From a virus, in IMG/VR virus record IMGVR_UViG_3300047476_001426, positions 64,001 through 128,000 of that record: a DNA stretch of 64,000 bases. One strand, written 5' to 3'. This document shows, piece after piece, positions 8,180 to 14,564 of this stretch (positions are counted from its first letter, which is position 1; each line of letters starts with the position of its first letter). The position numbers and the translations under genes were made by a program. Under the pieces are notes generated by a model. That model was given only the letters and a program-made list of their open reading frames with translations, was not told the origin of the DNA and did not search any database.

Positions 8180-8422
8180 ATGTTAGAGAAAATTTTAGAA
8201 CAATATGAGAGTGAGGAAATCTTAATTGCCGATGGATTTGATAATGCGGTTATAGGTATTGATGAATCCACAATGAGATTAATTTATTCCGTTGAGAAGT
8301 GTATAAACATCCTAATGGAACAAGGAATGGATATGACAGAAGCGGTTGAATACTTTGATTTCAACGTCTCAGGTTCATATGTTGGTGAGAAGACTCCAAT
8401 ATGGTGTGATGATTTATTTTAA
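8180..8422 (+). CDS. Hypothetical acidic phage protein
   Basis: 80 aa ORF with ATG/TAA inside the tRNA array. Confidence 0.75.
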   Translation: MLEKILEQYESEEILIADGFDNAVIGIDESTMRLIYSVEKCINILMEQGMDMTEAVEYFDFNVSGSYVGEKTPIWCDDLF

Positions 8423-8440
8423 AAAAAAATTTAAAATTAT

Positions 8441-8470
8441 TTGTAAATAAAAAAACTTTTCGTATCTTTG
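8441..8470 (+). promoter_or_regulatory. Bacteroidota-type sigma70 promoter
   Basis: TTG 8441-8443, TATCTTTG 8463-8470. Confidence 0.75.
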
Positions 8471-8487
8471 TGATAGTTATTTAAGAA

Positions 8488-8592
8488 ATGATGAACTTGG
8501 TATACATACAACAACCGTTGAACAATCCACTTAGTGGTAATGGGAGAGGTATATATTTATGTGACCCAAGTTCGGAGTTAGTCAAATTATAA
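8488..8592 (+). CDS. 34-aa leader peptide MMNLVYIQQPLNNPLSGNGRGIYLCDPSSELVKL
   Basis: Short ORF between promoter and terminator; AAGTTCGG at 8568-8575 is complementary to the terminator 5' strand. Confidence 0.5.
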   Translation: MMNLVYIQQPLNNPLSGNGRGIYLCDPSSELVKL

Positions 8593-8616
8593 GGATAAGA
8601 TAACCTACTATAGATG

Positions 8617-8649
8617 ACCCGAACTTAAATAAAAAAGTTCGGGTTTTTT
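8617..8649 (+). terminator. Intrinsic terminator / attenuator
   Basis: acccgaactt-loop-aagttcgggt then T-run. Confidence 0.8.
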
Positions 8650-8693
8650 GTTTTTAGAGTTTTTTGTTTTTATATTTGAAGTGTTCTTTGACA
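8648..8693 (+). promoter_or_regulatory. Second Bacteroidota-type promoter plus boxA
   Basis: TTG 8648-8650, TATATTTG 8671-8678, TGTTCTTTGACA 8682-8693. Confidence 0.55.
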
Positions 8694-8710
8694 TATTGGT
8701 TTAAGTAGTT

Positions 8711-8797
8711 GCCGAGGTGATGGAATGGTAGACATGAGGGACTTAAAATCCCTTGGACAGTAATGTTCGTGTGGGTTCGACTCCCATCCTCGGTACA
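8711..8797 (+). tRNA. tRNA-Leu(TAA)
   Basis: aggga-CT TAA AA-tccct; long variable arm. Confidence 0.95.
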
Positions 8798-8800
8798 AAA

Positions 8801-8999
8801 GAAACTTCCTTACAGAAGGTGATAATGCTTCACTGAAAGGACTACTGACTTCCAAGTGGGTCGCAACCACAATCGGAAGGTACGACACGGCTCAGTAGAC
8901 TCTGTAACGGACCCTGCTCTATGGTGCACACATAACAGGTGATGGGGAACAAACCATCGGTAAAATCTAAACCCACGGTGAGCGTGGAAGGAATGTTTC
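8801..8999 (+). ncRNA. ~200-nt multibranched RNA, unknown
   Basis: gaaac.ttcctt/aaggaa.gtttc closing stem; ttacaga/tctgtaa, ctactga/tcagtag, cttcc/ggaag, gatgg/ccatc. Confidence 0.65.
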
Positions 9000-9009
9000 T
9001 TTTTTTAAT

Positions 9010-9085
9010 GTCTCCGTAGCTCAGCTGGATAGAGCAACAGCCTTCTAAGCTGTGGGTCATTGGTTCGAATCCAATCGGGGATACT
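9010..9085 (+). tRNA. tRNA-Arg(TCT)
   Basis: acagc-CT TCT AA-gctgt. Confidence 0.95.
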
Positions 9086-9226
9086 AAGATAGTGGTCACT
9101 CTCACAATGAAAGTCGACAAAGTAGTTGTGAGGTTCATAGTGTTCAGCACCCTCGGCCAGTGCACTGATAAAACTCAGAAGAAGCCGTTAAGATTGGAGC
9201 GAGACGGGTACTCCATCACTATCTTT
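9086..9226 (+). ncRNA. ~140-nt multibranched RNA, unknown
   Basis: aagatagtg/cactatctt closing stem; ctcacaa/ttgtgag, gcac/gtgc, ggag/ctcc arms. Confidence 0.6.
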
Positions 9227-9230
9227 TTTT

Positions 9231-9307
9231 CGGGATGTAGCGTAGTCCGGTTATCGCGCATGGTTTGGGACCATGAGGTCGCAGGTTCGAATCCTGCTAT
9301 CCCGACA
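9231..9307 (+). tRNA. tRNA-Pro(TGG)
   Basis: catgg-TT TGG GA-ccatg. Confidence 0.95.
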
Positions 9308-9355
9308 AAGTCCGAGAGTAATTAACTCGGTACCTGAGAGGTTCGAAACTCTCGA

Positions 9356-9450
9356 TTGATTATGGTGTAATGGCGCACAGCAGAACGGAGTACGGGCATC
9401 GGCCTCGAAAGGGGACGCAGGATTAAGGTTCGAATCCTTATTAATCAGCA
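9356..9450 (+). ncRNA. tRNA-like RNA without canonical anticodon arm
   Basis: ttgatta/taatcag acceptor, D-arm gtg..cac, T-arm taagg-ttcgaat-cctta; central region is cctc-gaaa-gggg. Confidence 0.65.
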
Positions 9451-9459
9451 AGCCGTCTT

Positions 9460-9650
9460 TTTTCATACTCGCACCGATGAGGGGGACTGTTGAGACGTTA
9501 AAGTAACAGTGTAAAGCAATCGGGGGTTTATCCAAGTTACCCACAAACTGGGGTCGTTTTCCTTACCGAAGGAGTTTCCCGACCAATAAACTGAAACTCA
9601 AACGATAGAAAAAAGTAGGGACACATGGGGAAGCTTTAACCCGTCCCGAA
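9460..9650 (+). ncRNA. ~190-nt structured RNA, unknown
   Basis: ccgat/atcgg, actgtt/aacagt, gtttat/ataaac, ggtcg/cgacc, tcctt/aagga, gggac/gtccc. Confidence 0.55.
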
Positions 9651-9651
9651 A

Positions 9652-9752
9652 TAGTCAGGTGAGTTGGTACTCACGGAGGGTCGTTAAATGGAAAGATACC
9701 ACATCGACGAGGTGGTAAATGCCGAACAGGTTCGAGTCCTGTCCTGACTACT
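9652..9752 (+). ncRNA. tRNA-like RNA (TAGTCAGG acceptor family, copy 1)
   Basis: tagtcagg/cctgacta 8-bp stem, T-arm acagg-ttcgagt-cctgt, no anticodon loop. Confidence 0.65.
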
Positions 9753-9823
9753 AAGTAGAGAGAACCGTGAGTTTGCGGATGGAAACAACCATAAAACGAG
9801 CATACGTCATACTCTACTTAACA

Positions 9824-9919
9824 TAGTCAGGTTTGGTACAAGGTCGGTTCGAGTCCGATGGAAGGTCATGGATGTCGGGTAGCTCCCTGTAGAGAGGTTC
9901 GATTCCTCTCCTGACTACG
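9824..9919 (+). ncRNA. tRNA-like RNA (TAGTCAGG acceptor family, copy 2)
   Basis: Identical acceptor stem to 9652; two T-loop-like hairpins (tcgg-ttcgagt-ccga, agagg-ttcgatt-cctct). Confidence 0.65.
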
Positions 9920-9995
9920 ATACGGTGTTGACCTGTCCGCGACCGAAATGTATACAAAACAGTGGAGGGTGACAAATAGGGAGAGACCTGTACAT

Positions 9996-10138
9996 GATTA
10001 AGTGGCGAAATTGGTTTACGCGCTGGTCAGTACCCAAAAGAGTGTTGAATGGGGAAAACTGGTGGACATACTACAGACACGAGTAGTAGGAGATTATGTC
10101 TTTAAATCCGTACAGGTTCGAATCCTGTCTTAATCTCG
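9996..10138 (+). ncRNA. tRNA-like RNA with ~70-nt expanded centre
   Basis: gattaag/cttaatc acceptor, Leu-type D-arm, T-arm acagg-ttcgaat-cctgt; insert hairpin gacata.ctac/gtag.tatgtc. Confidence 0.65.
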
Positions 10139-10263
10139 AATGTGGTTCGATTCCACTCGTTAACTGAGGTTTTGGAAAGTAGTCCAATGGAGGTACACAC
10201 TCCACTTAGAAATAAGGTAGAATGATGGAGAACAGTTTGGAGGTGTGGGAAGACACACAAAAT

Positions 10264-10337
10264 TCCTCGATAGCTCAGCGGTAGAGCAAACGGCTGTTAA
10301 CCGTTAGGTCCCAAGTTCGAATCTTGGTCGGGGAGCA
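10264..10337 (+). tRNA. tRNA-Asn(GTT)
   Basis: aacgg-CT GTT AA-ccgtt; G73. Confidence 0.95.
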
Positions 10338-10411
10338 AAAAAATCGTTGATGGAAACATCGAAGGTGTACAATACTAGTAACACCGTAGGTTTGGCGATG
10401 TCCTACAATAG

Positions 10412-10494
10412 GCCTTGGTGGTGGAATGGTAGACACGCTAGTCTTAGGAACTAGTGGCGAAAGTCGTGTCGGTTCGAGTCCGACCTGAGGTACA
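10412..10494 (+). tRNA. tRNA-Leu(TAG)
   Basis: ctagt-CT TAG GA-actag. Confidence 0.95.
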
Positions 10495-10497
10495 AAT

Positions 10498-10603
10498 TCA
10501 TTCTTAGTGTTATGAGGTAAAACACTTTGACTCTCACATCGCCTGGTTAGTACTGACCCGAATGTGAGACGAGTAAGTTGGTTCGAATCCAACAGAATGG
10601 ACA
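10498..10603 (+). ncRNA. tRNA-like RNA with elongated anticodon arm
   Basis: tcattct/agaatgg, D-arm gtgt/acac, ctcacat/atgtgag stem enclosing 22 nt, T-arm gttgg-ttcgaat-ccaac. Confidence 0.65.
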
Positions 10604-10664
10604 ACCCGTCGAAAGCTCATGTTGGTCCGAGTGAGATGGAAACGCGGATATCGGACCCGTTATT

Positions 10665-10747
10665 GGAAGGTGGGTGAGTGGTTAAAACCGGCAGACTGTA
10701 AATCTGCTCCCATTGGGTACGGGGGTTCGAATCCCTCCCTTCCAACA
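10665..10747 (+). tRNA. tRNA-Tyr(GTA)
   Basis: gcaga-CT GTA AA-tctgc. Confidence 0.95.
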
Positions 10748-10758
10748 AAAATATCATT

Positions 10759-11310
10759 ATGAAAAAAAATAAAATAATTTCAGAGATGTTATCAAACATC
10801 ACACCTGAAATGAAAGAAAAATGGAAACAAGAGAGAATTGAACGTAAAAACAAATTAACACCCGAATATCAACTCGGATATTATGTTGGTTTGGAAATTG
10901 TTCACAGATATCTACCAACTCTTTCTACTGATATGATACAATCTCGCACCGTGATTGAAGTTTCTGAAGAAGATACTTTAGAAAATGAAAGATTGGATAC
11001 CGAATGGTATACAACAACAAAACACGGTGGAGAATGGAATGGTGTTGATGAAAACGGCAATAAAGAGAAATGGGATTTATACCATCAACACAATAAAATG
11101 TTGGGAAGGAAATACCTACCAAATCCATTGGAGTGTTACATGAGTTTGTTAAATGTTCAAAACATGGATGAATTTAAAAAAGGTTTAAGGTTCGCATTGT
11201 GGGATTGTGATATGTGTTCATACAATATTGAACCTGAAAACATAAAAATTTACGATGATGAACAAGCCATGTTTACTATTATCGAATTTCAATTAGATTC
11301 AGTGGTGTAG
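10759..11310 (+). CDS. Hypothetical protein
   Basis: 183 aa; TAG stop lies inside the 5' end of tRNA-Ile(TAT). Confidence 0.75.
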   Translation: MKKNKIISEMLSNITPEMKEKWKQERIERKNKLTPEYQLGYYVGLEIVHRYLPTLSTDMIQSRTVIEVSEEDTLENERLDTEWYTTTKHGGEWNGVDENGNKEKWDLYHQHNKMLGRKYLPNPLECYMSLLNVQNMDEFKKGLRFALWDCDMCSYNIEPENIKIYDDEQAMFTIIEFQLDSVV

Positions 11311-11377
11311 CTCAATTGGTGAGAGCAGGACTCTTATACAGTCAAGGTTATGGGTTCAAATCCCGTCATCACTACCA
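11301..11377 (+). tRNA. tRNA-Ile(TAT)
   Basis: agtggtg/catcact, A73, encoded CCA; gact-CT TAT AC-agtc. Confidence 0.85.
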
Positions 11378-11428
11378 ATTATCGGTTAAATAACCGATAA
11401 AATAAATTATCGTCGATTTGAACGATAT

Positions 11429-11504
11429 GGTCCCTTAGCTCAGTTGGTTAGAGCAACTGACTCATAATCAGTAGGCCCACGGTTCAAGCCCGTGAGGGAC
11501 CACA
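11429..11504 (+). tRNA. tRNA(CAT), probably Ile2 (lysidine) rather than elongator Met
   Basis: actga-CT CAT AA-tcagt; ggtccct acceptor resembles Ile2 tRNAs. Confidence 0.8.
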
Positions 11505-11527
11505 GAGATATTTATATATAAAAAACT

Positions 11528-11980
11528 ATGGGAATAGAATTAAAAAAGAAAAAACAACTTATCGAAAGATTAAATAAAAGGTTGTTATCGGAAGCCGAAA
11601 TGGAATGTCCAAAACCAACTCAAGATTTGGAATTAAACACCAAAAACAGAGATAAATCAATAAAGGCAGATTATATTAAATATGGTCCACTTAATATTGA
11701 TGAACCGGGAGATTATTGGGAAATGGTTGCATCCGATTGGGATACAACTGTTGAGGCAGCAAAAAAATCACTATGTGGTAATTGTGTTGCTTTTGATATT
11801 TCACCAAGAATGGATGAATGTATGCCGGGTTCTGTTTCTGATGACAGCGGTAGATTAGGTTACTGTTGGATGCATCATTTTAAATGTCATTCAGCAAGAA
11901 CATGTAAAACATGGGCTAAAGGTGGACCTATTACCGAAGACACGGTTTCATACGAATGGCAAGAAAAAAATAAAGAATAA
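11528..11980 (+). CDS. Cys-rich hypothetical protein with late-gene N-terminal motif
   Basis: CGNC...CM...YCWMHHFKCHSARTC; N-terminus RLNKRLLSEA; TATTTATA at 11509. Confidence 0.8.
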   Translation: MGIELKKKKQLIERLNKRLLSEAEMECPKPTQDLELNTKNRDKSIKADYIKYGPLNIDEPGDYWEMVASDWDTTVEAAKKSLCGNCVAFDISPRMDECMPGSVSDDSGRLGYCWMHHFKCHSARTCKTWAKGGPITEDTVSYEWQEKNKE

Positions 11981-12043
11981 ATGTAGTCGTACCCTTAACT
12001 CCAAAACTCACAACTGAGTCTCTGTTATGGGAAGGCTACTCCC

Positions 12044-12116
12044 GCGGAAATAGCTCAGTTGGTAGAGCATCACCTTGCCAAGGTGAGGGTCGCGAGTTCG
12101 AGTCTCGTTTTCTGCT
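12044..12116 (+). tRNA. tRNA-Gly(GCC)
   Basis: tcacc-TT GCC AA-ggtga; U73. Confidence 0.95.
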
Positions 12117-12185
12117 CTAAGTAAACCTTAAAAAGGGCCCTTCCGTTGGTACGACAACGGCTTGTTGAGCCCGGGTTTACTTTTT

Positions 12186-12259
12186 GCGAATATCGTATAA
12201 TGGTCATTACTTCAGACTTCCAATCTGAAGATGTCAGTTCGATTCTGACTATTCGCTCA
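12186..12259 (+). tRNA. tRNA-Gly(TCC)
   Basis: tcaga-CT TCC AA-tctga; U73. Confidence 0.95.
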
Positions 12260-12310
12260 ATCATTATAGTGGTCACTAAATCGGGTTAGTGAAAATCTAT
12301 TTGATATTAT

Positions 12311-12383
12311 TGTCCTGTGGTGTAACGGCAGCACATCTGGTTTTGGTCCAGAGAATTGAGGTTCGAATCCTTGCGGGACAACA
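12311..12383 (+). tRNA. tRNA-Gln(TTG)
   Basis: tgtcctg/cgggaca; tctgg-TT TTG GT-ccaga. Confidence 0.95.
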
Positions 12384-12439
12384 AAATTTTTAAATTATGA
12401 AAAAAGAAAGAGACTTCTATTAGGTAACACTAATAGAAT

Positions 12440-12709
12440 ATGTCAAAACACAGAAACAGAGCTAAGCTCAAAAACGCAGAATGTGGTAGGGATTACCACC
12501 TAATTTCTTTAAACGAATGGTATCCCCTTTATTGGGATGAGGGGTACAACTTCTATCCACGATGGAGAAGAGGTTACAAAAATCCCAACAAGACAATTCC
12601 AATCTTTAAAGTACGTGAGTACAGAACTTGGAAGTACAACAGAAAAAACCAATATGTTGAGAGGAAAGTTACCCAAGTTGGTGAAGGGGACGGTTTGCTA
12701 AACCGTTAG
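12440..12709 (+). CDS. Small basic hypothetical protein
   Basis: Arg/Lys/Trp/Tyr-rich; last 47 nt overlap tRNA-Ser(GCT); ends in TAG. Confidence 0.6.
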   Translation: MSKHRNRAKLKNAECGRDYHLISLNEWYPLYWDEGYNFYPRWRRGYKNPNKTIPIFKVREYRTWKYNRKNQYVERKVTQVGEGDGLLNR

Positions 12710-12752
12710 GTCGAGTAATCGGCGCGAGGGTTCGAGCCCCTCACTTTCCGCA
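12663..12752 (+). tRNA. tRNA-Ser(GCT)
   Basis: acggt-TT GCT AA-accgt; long variable arm; G73. Confidence 0.95.
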
Positions 12753-12781
12753 AAATACTTATAAGTAGAATAATATGTAAT

Positions 12782-13243
12782 ATGACAAAATTTAGAACAT
12801 TGTACGGAACACCCATAACTGACGTTATTGGTTACATCAAAGATTATTTGGTTGATAAAACTGATGTTGAGATATTAATTGGTTCGGATTCACAATCATT
12901 TAGTAATTCAAAAACAGTTTACGGGGTGGTTATTGCTCTTTACACAACAGGTAAAGGTGCACACGTACTATGTACTAAAGATATCACACCATTTGAAAAA
13001 GACACATCAAGTAGATTAATGACCGAAGTTTGGAAAGCTGTTGAAGTTGCCGAACATTTGAGAAATAATGGTTTACCAAAAGCCACATGGATTGATATAG
13101 ATTTAAATCCCGACCCAAGATATAAATCAAACAAAGTTTTGAGACAAGCAGTTGGTTTGGTTGAAGGTATGGGATACAAGGTAAGATACAAACACGCAGG
13201 TGCTATGGTGACTTACAGTGCAAACCATTTGGTAAGAATTTAA
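12782..13243 (+). CDS. RNase H-like YkuK (DUF458) family protein
   Basis: ILIGSDSQ...LMTEVWKAVEVA...IDIDLN...ANHLVR acidic RNase H-like pattern. Confidence 0.75.
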   Translation: MTKFRTLYGTPITDVIGYIKDYLVDKTDVEILIGSDSQSFSNSKTVYGVVIALYTTGKGAHVLCTKDITPFEKDTSSRLMTEVWKAVEVAEHLRNNGLPKATWIDIDLNPDPRYKSNKVLRQAVGLVEGMGYKVRYKHAGAMVTYSANHLVRI

Positions 13244-13260
13244 AAAAAAGATAAGAGGGC

Positions 13261-13307
13261 TTGTTTTTTTAAAAAAGTCCTTTTATCTTTGTAATGTAAT
13301 ATTTATA
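13261..13307 (+). promoter_or_regulatory. Bacteroidota-type promoter plus TATTTATA motif
   Basis: TTG 13261, TATCTTTG 13284-13291, TATTTATA 13300-13307. Confidence 0.7.
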
Positions 13308-13310
13308 GTC

Positions 13311-13652
13311 ATGAGAAAAAACTAGATTAACAGACTTGTAGTCGTAACCCGTAAAGACTTAAAACCCGGGTACCAAATTGCACAATCGGGACATGCAATC
13401 TCTCAGTTCATTTTAGAACACCCCGAATTGTCGAAACGATGGAACAACAGTTATCTGATTTCATTATCCATCGATTCAGAAGAAAAATTACAACAATTAC
13501 TTTTTAGGTTAGAAGATTCAGGAATACCTGTATCTCATTTCATTGAACCCGATATCGGGAATCAATTAACATCTATTTGCTTTCTCGAAACCGAGGAAAC
13601 AAAAAGATTCACATCATCATTGCCTTTATCCTTAAAGGAATATAATAAATAA
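13311..13652 (+). CDS. Pth2-family peptidyl-tRNA hydrolase with in-frame amber codon at codon 5
   Basis: ATG AGA AAA AAC TAG ATT AAC AGA CTT GTA GTC GTA ACC CGT AAA GAC TTA...; RLVVVTRKDLKPGYQIAQSGHA and FIEPDIGNQLTSI are Pth2-type motifs and the first lies upstream of the ORF-track start. Confidence 0.8.
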
Positions 13653-13672
13653 ACAATTTAATCTTAAAAATT

Positions 13673-13927
13673 ATGAAGTAGATTAACAAAAAATGTGAAA
13701 TTATTTTTCACTTCAACAAGAAACACTTGGAAAATCCGACGATTCCAATGTGGGTTGTGAAATGTCGGGGCGACACTTATTATGTTCATCATGTTGATGT
13801 CTCACCGGGTGTGGGATTCTCAACAAAAGAAACTCCCGATAACCCTCATACCAAAGGGAGTATAAAATTCAAAGCAAATTTGGAAATTGAGGAAAACAAT
13901 AACATAATAACAGCTAAAATTTTTTAA
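13673..13927 (+). CDS. Hypothetical protein with in-frame amber codon at codon 3
   Basis: ATG AAG TAG ATT AAC AAA AAA TGT GAA ATT ATT TTT CAC TTC AAC..., in frame with the 13727 ORF. Confidence 0.75.
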
Positions 13928-13929
13928 AA

Positions 13930-14268
13930 ATGAAAAATACAAAACACAACCCAACAATGATGATTAAATCATCTTTCTCGAACAAGATTCATAATCTTTT
14001 AGGTATCAAACACAAACCATATTCAAAAGAGTGGTTTGAAGGTATGAAACAAAGAAGAGAATTGACTAATGAAGAAAAGTCTAAACTTTTTGATGAAATT
14101 ATGAAGGTGTATGTTGAAACATCCGACGAATTGGTAAACTATCGTAAAGATAGGAGATTAAAAAAATGGGTCAACAAAAAACGTTTAGAAAGAGGATATG
14201 TCCCAAAGAAAAAAACAAAAAAAGAAGATTATGAAAAAAATCTTCAAAATGATTTGGAGATATCTTAA
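13930..14268 (+). CDS. Basic hypothetical protein
   Basis: 112 aa ORF starting 2 nt after the previous stop. Confidence 0.7.
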   Translation: MKNTKHNPTMMIKSSFSNKIHNLLGIKHKPYSKEWFEGMKQRRELTNEEKSKLFDEIMKVYVETSDELVNYRKDRRLKKWVNKKRLERGYVPKKKTKKEDYEKNLQNDLEIS

Positions 14269-14286
14269 TTAATATCTACTTTTGAA

Positions 14287-14383
14287 TTGTGATTGAAAAG
14301 TGACAGTGACAAATAGACCAAGTGGGGCACACGTAAAATTGTATCAGTCGAAAGTCGAGGTGATAGACCACCATCAATCACAA
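14287..14383 (+). ncRNA. Structured RNA abutting the suppressor tRNA
   Basis: ttgtgattga/tcaatcacaa 10-bp closing stem; ggtg/cacc arm. Confidence 0.55.
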
Positions 14384-14385
14384 AC

Positions 14386-14459
14386 GGTCTCGTGGTGTAG
14401 CGGTAACATTACGGTCTCTAAAACCGATAGTCACGGGTTCAAATCCCGTCGGGACCACA
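14386..14459 (+). tRNA. Amber suppressor tRNA (CTA), Gln-like body
   Basis: ggtctcg/cgggacc, A73; cggt-CT CTA AA-accg (anticodon 14418-14420); T-arm acggg-ttcaaat-cccgt. Confidence 0.9.
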
Positions 14460-14497
14460 ACAAAAAAAAATATTTTTAAAAAAAATTACAAAAATAC

Positions 14498-14527
14498 TTG
14501 TTTTTTAAAAAAAGTTTTGTATCTTTG
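14498..14527 (+). promoter_or_regulatory. Bacteroidota-type promoter
   Basis: TTG 14498-14500, TATCTTTG 14520-14527. Confidence 0.75.
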
Positions 14528-14564
14528 TACCACAACAATAAATAATACATTTAATACGACATTT

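Noticed and set aside
9920-9990. Twister ribozyme suggested by AGTGGAGGG
   Set aside because: The 5' cleavage-site strand and pseudoknot partners are missing
5596-12276. Short ORFs overlapping tRNA and ncRNA blocks (e.g. 5834, 7124, 7397, 8670, 8842, 9092, 9251, 10275, 10617, 12070)
   Set aside because: Translations of tRNA sequence or its complement; no protein-like features
12397-12423. Mini-ORF MKKERDFY-TAG as a third amber-gated gene
   Set aside because: Different 3' context, and read-through ends after 13 more codons out of frame with the 12440 gene
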